64,000 nucleotides of DNA, from assembly GCA_045115935.1 (NCBI GenBank), contig JBGULF010000035.1, positions 9,162-73,161 on the forward strand, written 5' to 3'. Source of the DNA: Anaerovoracaceae bacterium (GTDB lineage: Bacteria > Bacillota > Clostridia > Peptostreptococcales > Anaerovoracaceae). Of this stretch, positions 49,009 through 57,617 are shown one piece after another; the stretch's first letter is position 1, and each line of letters begins with the position of its first letter. The notes beneath the pieces are model-generated. The model did no database searches. It saw nothing but the letters and a program-made list of their open reading frames with translations, and was not told where the DNA came from. The translations under genes and the position numbers were made by a program.

Positions 49009-49293
49009 TTACTTTGAGTAACGCTCGAGTACTGTTTCCTGCACGAACTCCGCCTTTAATTCACCGAAGCGCTTAAAGTGAGGCTCGGTGTTGTGACTTT
49101 TGACAGCCTCTTCATCGCGCCACTTCTCAAACAGAAACAGCTCGTCCGGATCTGCATCGGCGAAGTAGAAATCGTATTTTATGTTGCCCGCTTCTGCGCG
49201 GCTTGCCTCATCGAGGCCTTCAGCCTTGATGGTTTCGAGGAATTTTTCCCTCATTCCTTCTTTACATTTGTAAGTGACGTTCAGGATCTCCAT
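49009..49293 (-). CDS. Antibiotic-biosynthesis-monooxygenase (ABM/dimeric alpha-beta barrel) family protein
   Basis: About 94 aa (MEILNVTYKCKEGMREKF...). ATG 49293 preferred because AAAGGAG lies 6 nt upstream. Confidence 0.65.
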   Translation of the reverse strand: MEILNVTYKCKEGMREKFLETIKAEGLDEASRAEAGNIKYDFYFADADPDELFLFEKWRDEEAVKSHNTEPHFKRFGELKAEFVQETVLERYSK

Positions 49294-49309
49294 GTCCATC
49301 TCCTTTCGC

Positions 49310-50428
49310 TTAGACGCCGAGCGTCGGCTGATCGTATTTGAACAGAATACAGTTGATTTCGTATATATCGTAATTGGAATGCTCTATGCAGTACTCGATT
49401 ATCTTATCAGTCATCATGCTCGGTGAGAGAGCCAGTCCCGCCCTGGCGAGCAGGTCTCTCGTCTCATCTATGCTGAGCTCGAGCGCTATGGCAAGAGCAA
49501 GTGCAGTTTTTTTACTCGGTGTATAGTCTACATTGCTCCTTATTTTGGAGAAATGCTTTCTGTCGATATTTGCCTTTTTGTATACTTCGGGATCTGTCAG
49601 CCCTTTGCGGTCTATGAGCATGAAGAGATACTGCTGAAAGGTCTTATCCAGATGGATGATCCTCTCCTCCAGGGACATCTCCGCCGATGGAAATGCAGGT
49701 GAATACAGAGGCTCTGCCATCTTCTGGGAAAAGATCTCATCCATATGCGGCGATCCGTATGCTGAAGCATCTTCATCAGCCAGCAGATCATAGTCCTCGT
49801 CTATGAAAGGCGCCCCTTCCATAAGTGTCCGCTCTTCGGCTTTTCCCCTTTTACGAAAGGTGTTAAAGAACCCGCGGCTGCGAGGTGATGCGTAGTATTC
49901 CGCTTCCCTGTCGCCGATGAATGACTTTATATCCGAAAAGAGCTTGCCCGATACTTCGAAGGACTCCTTGTCGTAAACGACAAGCATCACTTCCATCTCA
50001 TTCGCAAGCAGGAATCCGCTTATTTCCGACATTGCTATGCGGAGCGCTTCATCTTTCGGGAATCCGTACGTGCCGGTAGCGATAAGCGGAAATGCTACCG
50101 ACTCGCAGCCAAGCTCTTTCGCAAGTTCCAGTGATTTTCTGTAACAGGAGGCTACTGTTTCACGTTCACCGTGACCGCCTCCGCGCCAGGCCGGACCTAC
50201 CGTATGGATAATGTATTTTGCGCGCAGATCAAAGGCCGGCGTCCAGGCAGCCTCGCCCGGAGACAGCGGTCCGATCTCTCTTCTGGCCTCGAGCAGCCTG
50301 TCCCATCCGGCAGCCTTGTATACCGAATGATCGACACCCCTGCCGACTCCGACCGCAGGATTGGCCGTATTGACTATCGCATCGGCTTCTACATTTATTA
50401 TGTTGTTGCGTATTATCTGCAGTGCCAT
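49310..50428 (-). CDS. Macro domain (ADP-ribose binding/hydrolase) fused to a C-terminal HTH domain
   Basis: 372 aa. N-terminus: ADAIVNTAN ... GVDHSVYKAAG ... IIHTVGP ... SVAFPLIATGTYGFP. The C-terminus LIDRKGLTDPEVYKKANIDRKHFSKIRS ... ALALAIALELSIDETRDLL is XRE-like. Confidence 0.8.
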   Translation of the reverse strand: MALQIIRNNIINVEADAIVNTANPAVGVGRGVDHSVYKAAGWDRLLEARREIGPLSPGEAAWTPAFDLRAKYIIHTVGPAWRGGGHGERETVASCYRKSLELAKELGCESVAFPLIATGTYGFPKDEALRIAMSEISGFLLANEMEVMLVVYDKESFEVSGKLFSDIKSFIGDREAEYYASPRSRGFFNTFRKRGKAEERTLMEGAPFIDEDYDLLADEDASAYGSPHMDEIFSQKMAEPLYSPAFPSAEMSLEERIIHLDKTFQQYLFMLIDRKGLTDPEVYKKANIDRKHFSKIRSNVDYTPSKKTALALAIALELSIDETRDLLARAGLALSPSMMTDKIIEYCIEHSNYDIYEINCILFKYDQPTLGV

Positions 50429-50523
50429 TTTATTCCCTCACAATTACGGCAGCGCACCGTAGCGGTACGCTGCCTATATTATACACTAATATCAATATAC
50501 GCTATATTCATTTTGTCAGAGCC

Positions 50524-51177
50524 TTATTTCGCTCTGCACGCATAATCCGCACGGATCTCATCGAGCTCATCGTCTGCCAGAGTGTAACCCTTCGACATCT
50601 TCACCATAGACTCTGCCACTACGGAGAAGTTCTTCGCGATCCCGACATCATCGTTCAGGAACCTTGCCGATCTTTCCGGCGCGATGCCTATCCTTCCTGC
50701 CACGCTTACGGCATCCATGTTGGCGCCGAGGAATATGAATTCCCAACCGTACTTTTTCTGCTGTCTCTCGATCATGCGCTTCACCCGTCTGAAATCGTAG
50801 ATGACGCTGGAATTCTCCATGCCGTCTGTCGTTATTACAAAGAGTGTCTTCGACGGCCTGTCCTCTTCCCTTGCATATTTATGGACGTTGCCGATATGAT
50901 GGATCGCTCCTCCGACTGCATCGAGCAGCGCCGTGCTGCCTCTGACGTAATAGGTATCGCTGTCGAGTTCTCTCACCTTTTCTACCGGGACTCTGTCGTG
51001 GACCACTTCCGATATGTGATCGAAAAGCACTGTCGACCAGATGATGTTGTCAGATTCCTCCTTCTGCTTTGCGAGCATGGAGTTGAAGCCGCCTATAGTA
51101 TCCGCCTCAAGGCCTCCCATCGATCCGCTCCTGTCCATGATGAAAACAACTTCTACCTTTTCATTATTATTCTTCAT
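50524..51177 (-). CDS. Small cytoplasmic von Willebrand factor A (vWA) domain protein
   Basis: Start trimmed to ATG 51177 (AAGGAGGAAG RBS). MIDAS motif FIMDRSGSM ... TTDGMEN. No signal peptide. Confidence 0.75.
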   Translation of the reverse strand: MKNNNEKVEVVFIMDRSGSMGGLEADTIGGFNSMLAKQKEESDNIIWSTVLFDHISEVVHDRVPVEKVRELDSDTYYVRGSTALLDAVGGAIHHIGNVHKYAREEDRPSKTLFVITTDGMENSSVIYDFRRVKRMIERQQKKYGWEFIFLGANMDAVSVAGRIGIAPERSARFLNDDVGIAKNFSVVAESMVKMSKGYTLADDELDEIRADYACRAK

Positions 51178-51301
51178 TTCGCTTCCTCCTTTTTCGATGT
51201 TTTCCTTTCCTTCTTGCAGGTTCATGCTTTCCCTGTTGCAACTACATAATAGTAAAAGAGGAGATCTGATCGGTCGCCCGCCATGCGACATATTTATGAA
51301 A

Positions 51302-51341
51302 GCAAAAAAACGGAGTGCTCAACGATCATGTTGAACACTCC
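51302..51341 (-). terminator. Terminator after the SEC-C-motif gene
   Basis: Minus strand: GGAGUGUUCAAC-AUGAUC-GUUGAGCACUCC followed by GUUUUUUUGC. Confidence 0.8.
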
Positions 51342-51370
51342 TGTTATATAAGCGTGTAATGAGTGCGCCG

Positions 51371-52375
51371 TCAGTTGCGGCCGCAGCAGTTTTTATACTT
51401 TTTGCCGCTCCCGCAAGGACACGGATCATTTCTGCCGATCTTTGCGCGCTTTACCTGAGTGCCGCTCTTTGCCGGAGAGCCCGTGCTGTTTCCGCGGCTT
51501 TTCAACGACATTATCGCCACCATTTCGTAGTAGTCATGGCCGCGGTTATCCCTTACACGGCACTCACGGCTCATCTCTATATAGAGCTCGGTGAATTTAA
51601 AGCGGATCTCGTCAGAAGGGAACTCGATCGCAGGCCCGCCTTCTCCGCCTGCTGCGAAAGCCTCGATTGCATCGTTCACGCGCATGTGGTTATTGACGGT
51701 CTCGTAGAGGTCATGCAATTTGATGGATGCTGTATCCGGATCCAAACCGAGGTTTTCCTCCATGAAGTCCTTCAATTTCATGTGCGATTCGCGGCTGATG
51801 AGGCTGCCCTGATCGTAAAGCTCCTCAACCTCCCCGATCGTCGGCACATAGAACGGAATGTCGCCCTGGACCTGCTGATCAAGGTACTTGTAGTAATCGT
51901 TCTTCTCGAATCCGTTAAGTACGAGTTTGCCGTCCCTTTCGGTGAACCACTGATTGTACAGAGGAGTCGAATCGAACAGCTCCATGATCTCAGCCATGTC
52001 CGCGTCAGGATATCTGAGAGCAAACAGGTTCCTCAGCGCCTCATATGTCATGACGCCGTAAAGATACCTTCCCGCTTCGATGCACTTGTACATCCAGTTG
52101 CGCTTGCGCCATCTCAGAGTCAGCTCATCGGAACGCACCTCTTCATATGTTCTGCGCACTTCCTCAGGAACTATCACCTTGTCTCCCGGTTCGCAGAGCA
52201 CCAGGCCCTCTCTCTCCAGGAGCTGCGCAAGTATCTTGTCGGTCTCAACGGTCAGGATGACGCCGGCAGGCTTGTCGAGAAGGAAGCGGAACATCGCCAT
52301 CTCGCTCTCTCCGAGCGCCGTCAGTCTGTCCTCAAAAGATGCAGTTTGTATCGTATATGTTTCGTTATCTTTCAT
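51371..52375 (-). CDS. SEC-C metal-binding-motif protein of unknown function
   Basis: 334 aa. The C-terminal [22 protein letters not shown] is nearly identical to the SecA tail at 4188..4260. The N-terminal 300 aa are unassigned. Confidence 0.7.
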   Translation of the reverse strand: MKDNETYTIQTASFEDRLTALGESEMAMFRFLLDKPAGVILTVETDKILAQLLEREGLVLCEPGDKVIVPEEVRRTYEEVRSDELTLRWRKRNWMYKCIEAGRYLYGVMTYEALRNLFALRYPDADMAEIMELFDSTPLYNQWFTERDGKLVLNGFEKNDYYKYLDQQVQGDIPFYVPTIGEVEELYDQGSLISRESHMKLKDFMEENLGLDPDTASIKLHDLYETVNNHMRVNDAIEAFAAGGEGGPAIEFPSDEIRFKFTELYIEMSRECRVRDNRGHDYYEMVAIMSLKSRGNSTGSPAKSGTQVKRAKIGRNDPCPCGSGKKYKNCCGRN

Positions 52376-52386
52376 CTTCTTTCAGT

Positions 52387-53061
52387 TTAGTTGCTTGGAT
52401 GCGGCATATATGCATAGAGGTTCATGGCAAGTGCGTTGATCGGCATCGTCTGCAGCCATACCTTTCCCGGTCCGGTCACGACCGTGTTGAACAGGCCCTC
52501 TCCTCCGAGAAGCACATTGGTCAGTCCTTTGACCGTCTGGATCTCCATGCTGCAGGTAGCTTCCATTGCGGCAACATATCCGCTGTCGATTATCAGCTTC
52601 TCACCGGCTCCGAGCTCTCTTTCCTGTACCGAACCGTCGATCTCAAGCCAGACATAGCCGCTGCCTGAATATCTCTGCATGAGGAATCCTTCTCCGCCGA
52701 AGAATCCGGCCGAAGCTCTCTGCTGCAGATAAATGTCCATGTTGACTCCCTGTGTTGCAGCGAGGAATGAAGTCTTCTGCGCAATAAGCGGAGTCTGACC
52801 GATATTGAAGGCAAGGATGTCTCCGGGGCTGTGCTTTGCGAGAGTGAGCTCTCCTGCCCTGGCTGCAGTATAGTGATTGAGCGCAAGGGATTCGCCTATG
52901 AGCGCCTTTTTGAACATTCCGCCGAGGCCTCCCGTCTTTGTCTCCATCTGTATTCCCGGGCTCATCCAGGCCATTGCGCCGCTCTGGCACTTGATGCTCT
53001 CGCCCTGCTCCATATGTAAAGTCAGCACTGTGAACGGCTGATTCTTGATCTCATATTTCAT
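52387..53061 (-). CDS. AIM24/TIGR00266 (DUF124) family protein
   Basis: Start trimmed to ATG 53061 (AAAGGAG RBS). MKYEIKNQPFTVLTLHMEQGESIKCQSGAMAWMSPGIQMETK is typical of the family. Confidence 0.7.
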   Translation of the reverse strand: MKYEIKNQPFTVLTLHMEQGESIKCQSGAMAWMSPGIQMETKTGGLGGMFKKALIGESLALNHYTAARAGELTLAKHSPGDILAFNIGQTPLIAQKTSFLAATQGVNMDIYLQQRASAGFFGGEGFLMQRYSGSGYVWLEIDGSVQERELGAGEKLIIDSGYVAAMEATCSMEIQTVKGLTNVLLGGEGLFNTVVTGPGKVWLQTMPINALAMNLYAYMPHPSN

Positions 53062-53170
53062 TGGTTCCGGCTCCTTTCGTTTTTTAGATATTTCTGCAGT
53101 TATTATACACCCCGCCCGTATGCTTCGCATTACAATATCCGCGCAGGGAAAAACATATCGCGCATACGGC

Positions 53171-54064
53171 TCACTCCTTCTGACCGAGTATCGTAGCTCC
53201 GAAAATGATAGCAGCTCCCGCTATCTCCCTTACACTCATAAGTTCGTGCAGGAAGATGGCGCCGAAGATCATGGCAAACACCGCCTCGAGGCTCATTATG
53301 AGCGCGGCAGTTGAAGAGTCCGTATATTTCTGGCCGATAATCTGCAGCGTGTAGCCGCCCGCTGTCGGAACGAAAGTCTGGTAAAGCAATACAGGGATCC
53401 CGGCAAATACAGCAGCGAGAGTCGGACCTTCTGCCACAAGAGCTATCACCAGACCCGCAATGCCGCAGAAGAAAAACTGCGCCTGTGATATCAGCACAGC
53501 GTTGTCCCTGTCGACAAAGCAATTGACCGCGACTATCTGCGCCGCGAATCCGGCTGCGCTTGCAAGCGTAAGCCAGTCGCCGGCTGTGGCTCCTCCGAGT
53601 CCTCCCTTAAGACTCATGACCGCAAATCCGATCATCGCGAGAGCTATGCACAGAACGGTGCGCCTTTTTACCCTGCTGCCCACAAAGACGCTGAAGAGCG
53701 GAGTGAACACGATATATATGGATGAAATGAATCCGGACTTGCCCGCGCTTACGGTCAGCAGCCCTATCTGCTGGGTCGCCGTTCCTATAAGCATGAACAG
53801 TCCGCAAAAGACTCCTGCTTTCAGGAGTCTCTTTTTTCTGTAGTCTATCTGCGCCTGTGTACTGCTTTTCAGCGAAAGATATCCGCTGGTCCTAAGCCCG
53901 CGCATGGCTATCGGAGTCAGCACCAAAGCCGCCATAAGCTGCCTTACGGCGTTGAATGTCATCGGCGGCATCACCCTGTTTCCGAGCTTCTGAGAGATGA
54001 AGCCGGTCCCCCAGAGTATTGCTGTCAGAAGCAGTATGAGGTTGCCTTTATTTTTATCGCTCAT
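53171..54064 (-). CDS. DMT-superfamily (EamA) transporter
   Basis: 297 aa, 10 TM helices, two EamA repeats. Confidence 0.8.
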   Translation of the reverse strand: MSDKNKGNLILLLTAILWGTGFISQKLGNRVMPPMTFNAVRQLMAALVLTPIAMRGLRTSGYLSLKSSTQAQIDYRKKRLLKAGVFCGLFMLIGTATQQIGLLTVSAGKSGFISSIYIVFTPLFSVFVGSRVKRRTVLCIALAMIGFAVMSLKGGLGGATAGDWLTLASAAGFAAQIVAVNCFVDRDNAVLISQAQFFFCGIAGLVIALVAEGPTLAAVFAGIPVLLYQTFVPTAGGYTLQIIGQKYTDSSTAALIMSLEAVFAMIFGAIFLHELMSVREIAGAAIIFGATILGQKE

Positions 54065-54089
54065 GCGTCGATTTTACAAAGAAAAACGC

Positions 54090-54118
54090 TTGACTTCAAG
54101 GCTTTGAAACCTTATACT
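54090..54118 (+). promoter_or_regulatory. Sigma-A promoter of rplM-rpsI
   Basis: TTGACT (54090-54095), 17-nt spacer, TATACT (54113-54118). Confidence 0.6.
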
Positions 54119-54347
54119 AATCGAGCGTGTGCGCAGACTATGCTCACCGCGAGCAGAGGCAGGCCAGAAGGCCGGCAGCCGAAGCACTAATAATTCATTA
54201 CTAGTTATGCCGAACCAGAAAGACGACCGCAGGCGCGGGCAGGTCTCTCCCAGTAGGCGGACCGAACAAGATCCGCAATAAGGCAGTCGTACCGTAAAAC
54301 AGACGCAAAGCACATAGGCAGATCCAAGTAGGTAGAAAGGAATCAAG
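54119..54347 (+). promoter_or_regulatory. Long GC-rich 5' leader of rplM (candidate r-protein autoregulatory leader)
   Basis: About 225 nt between the predicted promoter and the rplM ATG. Local hairpins: UGCUC-ACCGC-GAGCA and GGCC-AGAA-GGCC. The minus-strand ORFs listed here lack coding support. Confidence 0.35.
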
Positions 54348-54776
54348 ATGAAGTCTTACATCGCTAAGCCATCCGATATCGACCGCAAGTGGTACGTTAT
54401 CGATGCAGAAGGACAGACTCTCGGTAAGCTCGCTGTAGAAGCAGCAATGCTCCTGAGAGGAAAGAAGAAGCCGACTTACACACCGCACATCGACACAGGC
54501 GACTACGTCATCGTGATCAATGCTGAGAAGGTTGCAGTCAGCGGCAAGAAGGAATCCGACAAGATCTACAAGAGACACACCGGTTATCCGGGCGGACTCA
54601 GAGAGACAACTCTCGGCGAAATGAGAGCGACAAAGCCTGAGGAGATCATCCTCCACGCTGTTCGCGGAATGATGCCGAAGGGCAGACTCGGACGCCAGAT
54701 GTTCAAGAAGCTCAAAGTATACGCAGGACCTGAGCATCCACATGCAGCTCAGAAGCCTGAAGTATGGACTTGGTAG
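54348..54776 (+). CDS. rplM: 50S ribosomal protein L13
   Basis: 142 aa. [29 protein letters not shown]... is canonical L13. Confidence 0.97.
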   Translation: MKSYIAKPSDIDRKWYVIDAEGQTLGKLAVEAAMLLRGKKKPTYTPHIDTGDYVIVINAEKVAVSGKKESDKIYKRHTGYPGGLRETTLGEMRATKPEEIILHAVRGMMPKGRLGRQMFKKLKVYAGPEHPHAAQKPEVWTW

Positions 54777-54792
54777 AAAGGAGGAGTAGACA

Positions 54793-55191
54793 ATGGCAAA
54801 GACTATGTATCAGGCAACAGGCAGAAGAAAGTCATCCGTAGCCAGAGTTAGACTTCTTCCTGGAGCAGGCAACATCATCATCAACAAGAGAGACATCGAT
54901 ACTTACTTCGGCGAGAAAGATATCGTTAAGAACGAAGTCAGAAGACCTCTCGAGCTCACAGGTACACTCGGAAGCTTTGATGTAATCGCTACTGTTAACG
55001 GCGGCGGTTTCACAGGCCAGGCAGGAGCACTCAGACACGGAATCGCAAGAGCACTTTGCGAAGTCGATGAAGAGGCTTACAGACCTGCACTCAAGGCAGC
55101 TGGTTTCCTGACAAGAGACCCAAGAATGAAAGAGCGTAAAAAGCCGGGTCTCAAAAAAGCGAGAAGAGCAAGCCAGTTCTCGAAGAGATAA
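54793..55191 (+). CDS. rpsI: 30S ribosomal protein S9
   Basis: 132 aa. [19 protein letters not shown] and C-terminal RRASQFSKR. Confidence 0.97.
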   Translation: MAKTMYQATGRRKSSVARVRLLPGAGNIIINKRDIDTYFGEKDIVKNEVRRPLELTGTLGSFDVIATVNGGGFTGQAGALRHGIARALCEVDEEAYRPALKAAGFLTRDPRMKERKKPGLKKARRASQFSKR

Positions 55192-55213
55192 TTATTATTG
55201 CAATGACTCGCAC

Positions 55214-55258
55214 AGAGATGTTTTCCGGGTTAACCGGGAAGCATCTCTTTTTCTTTTT
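55214..55258 (+). terminator. Rho-independent terminator after rpsI
   Basis: 15-bp stem AGAGAUGUUUUCCGG-GUUAA-CCGGGAAGCAUCUCU, then UUUUUCUUUUU. Confidence 0.9.
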
Positions 55259-55370
55259 GCGCTTAAGAGTTCTCAGGGCTTTTATCCTCTGTGGTGATTT
55301 ACTTCATACAAGCGAAATGGTATTTTGAAAGTGCAGGATTTTGCGATTATTAACGGGGAGCGGGATAAAT

Positions 55371-57539
55371 ATGAAAAGAAAGGTGCTGGTCCCGGTCATT
55401 ATCGCTGCATTATTGCTTACCTTCTGCAGATGCAGTGATGAAGACCTGGCGGAAACGGGAACAGGCGGTCTGCGTAAGACAACTGCAGGTCTGAATATAC
55501 AGGTGGATGAGTCCTCCGGATCCATGAGCATAGAGAGGCCCACGATAAAGAACATTCCCATGGGTGATAAAGATACATGGACTGTATTCGTGTATCTGTG
55601 CGGCTCTGATCTTGAGTCACGCATATTCTTCGGCGGAGGAATGGCTTCCGATGACATAGAAGAAATGTGCAAGGCCTCGGCCAGCGACAATGTACGCTTT
55701 GTTATCGAGACCGGAGGCTGCTCATACTGGCATGACGACAATATAGACAGCGACTTTCTCGGCAGATATGTCGTCGAGAACGGGAAGCTGAAAAAAGCCG
55801 GTGAGGTCAGACAGGCATCTATGGGAAAAACCTCTACCCTGACCGGCTTCCTTAAGTGGGGTATCAAAAAATATCCTGCAGAGAAAATGGGAGTCATATT
55901 CTGGGATCACGGCGGCGGCAGCCTGTCCGGAGTCTGCTTCGATGAGCTCGAAGACAATGACTCGCTCGGCCTTCGCGAGATCGATGCAGCATTTCTCAGC
56001 CTTGCAGACAGCGGAGAACTGACAGACAAGTTCGAATTCATCGGTTTTGACGCATGCCTGATGGGCACGGTAGAAGCCGCAAACATCCTTGCTTCTTATT
56101 CTGACTACATGTTCGGATCGGAAGAGAGCGAACCGGGATCCGGATGGGATTACAAAGCGATCGGCAATTATCTGGCAAAGCATCCTGATGCGGATGGAGC
56201 GGCCCTCGGTAAAGTTGTCTGCGACAGCTTCAAAAGTCAGTGCGATGAATCGGGCGATGGTCAGATAGCAACGCTGTCTGTCATCGACCTGTCGCAAATG
56301 GATTCGCTACTCAAGAAATTCAACAGTTTCTCCAGGCAAATATACCGGAAAAGCGAAGACAAAGACGTTCTTTCATCAATGGTGCGCAAAATCAATTCCG
56401 TTGATAATTTCGGCGGCAACAACAAAGCAGAGGGTTATACCAATATGGTAGACCTTGGCGGCATCATCTCATCATGTAAAAAATGGTCGGATAAAGCCGA
56501 GGCAGCAGGCGACGCCCTGAACAAAGCCGTAATTTATAAGGTTTCCGGAGCGGATCATAAAAAAGCTTCCGGCCTGTCTACATACTATCCGCTGATGATA
56601 GAGGGTTCAAAAGAGCTCAGTATATTCGAGGGAGTATGCATAAGCCCTTACTACATGTCTTTCGTCGGGCGTCAGGGCTATGGCAGTGCCAACGGCGGCA
56701 ACATAGAGGATTATGATGATGAGGACTTATACGAAGGCGGAGTCTGGGAATGGCTGAACAGCTTCCTCTTCGACGATGAGACCGGCGAATACGAATTTGA
56801 TGATGAATACGAGGGCGAAGGCAGTTTCTGGGATTTCCTGGATGACTATGATGAAGATGCTCAGAGCGAGCTGATCTCTTTCGAATATGAACCTGAAATG
56901 AGCTCCGCAGGTGAGTATTATTTCGTCCTTGATGACGAAGGATCCCGTAATACCTGTGACGTGATCGCTCTTGTATACAACGAGCTTGATGACGGCACAT
57001 ATATAGAACTGGGTGAGACATACGATGTGAACATCGACTGGGATACCGGTTATGTCAGCGACAACTTTGACGGATACTGGCTGTCACTTCCTGACGGGCA
57101 GAATCTGGCCACCTACATAGTCGATGTGACGGACGACTACATCATCTACACATCGCCGGTACTGCTTAACGGAGAAGAGACATATCTCAGGATGAGACAG
57201 TATCTGGATGACGGAAGGGTCAAGGTCGAAGGCGCGTGGGACGGTATAGATGAATACGGAGCATCCGGAAGGAATATCATCAAGCTCAGGAAAGGCGATA
57301 AAATAACCCCTACCTATTACTGCATCGATGAAGACGGCGACGATCTCGATGAGTATGAGGGTGAGCCTTACACAATAAAATCGGAGAAAGGCAAGCCTAA
57401 GATCGAATACGACTATCTGTATGCAGGAGATTATTCATATGCATTCTGCATAACCGATATTTACGGCGATGACTATGTCACGGATCTTGTGGACTTCCAC
57501 ATATCGAAAAACGGAGATATCAGTTTCTACGAGGATTAA
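55371..57539 (+). CDS. Clostripain-family (peptidase C11) lipoprotein with acidic linker and C-terminal domain
   Basis: Start trimmed to ATG 55371 (MKRKVLVPVIIAALLLTFC lipobox). His/Cys dyad motifs VIFWDHGGG and IGFDACLMG. Confidence 0.85.
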   Translation: MKRKVLVPVIIAALLLTFCRCSDEDLAETGTGGLRKTTAGLNIQVDESSGSMSIERPTIKNIPMGDKDTWTVFVYLCGSDLESRIFFGGGMASDDIEEMCKASASDNVRFVIETGGCSYWHDDNIDSDFLGRYVVENGKLKKAGEVRQASMGKTSTLTGFLKWGIKKYPAEKMGVIFWDHGGGSLSGVCFDELEDNDSLGLREIDAAFLSLADSGELTDKFEFIGFDACLMGTVEAANILASYSDYMFGSEESEPGSGWDYKAIGNYLAKHPDADGAALGKVVCDSFKSQCDESGDGQIATLSVIDLSQMDSLLKKFNSFSRQIYRKSEDKDVLSSMVRKINSVDNFGGNNKAEGYTNMVDLGGIISSCKKWSDKAEAAGDALNKAVIYKVSGADHKKASGLSTYYPLMIEGSKELSIFEGVCISPYYMSFVGRQGYGSANGGNIEDYDDEDLYEGGVWEWLNSFLFDDETGEYEFDDEYEGEGSFWDFLDDYDEDAQSELISFEYEPEMSSAGEYYFVLDDEGSRNTCDVIALVYNELDDGTYIELGETYDVNIDWDTGYVSDNFDGYWLSLPDGQNLATYIVDVTDDYIIYTSPVLLNGEETYLRMRQYLDDGRVKVEGAWDGIDEYGASGRNIIKLRKGDKITPTYYCIDEDGDDLDEYEGEPYTIKSEKGKPKIEYDYLYAGDYSYAFCITDIYGDDYVTDLVDFHISKNGDISFYED

Positions 57540-57552
57540 GTGAAGCCATACG

Positions 57553-57583
57553 AAAAAAGGAGTTCATTGCGAACTCCTTTTTC
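57553..57583. terminator. Bidirectional terminator between convergent clostripain-like and fruA genes
   Basis: AAAAAGGAGTTC-ATTGC-GAACTCCTTTTT, a perfect 12-bp arm with A/T runs on both sides. Confidence 0.85.
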
Positions 57584-57617
57584 ATTGTCATTATTATCTG
57601 CAGCTTTCTGTTATCGC

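Noticed and set aside
54150-54200. SRP RNA domain-IV-like string GGCAGGCCAGAAGGCCGGCAGCCGAAGC in the rplM leader
   Set aside because: It only loosely resembles CAGGUCCGGAAGGAAGCAGC. The tetraloop would be AGAA rather than GNRA, I could not pair 5' and 3' ends into an SRP-like rod, and the location is atypical. It is treated as part of the rplM leader.
54074-54743. Minus-strand ORFs 54074..54346 and 54201..54743 around rplM
   Set aside because: The second is antisense to canonical L13. The first lies in the rplM leader with no RBS and an Arg/Ser/Cys-rich composition.
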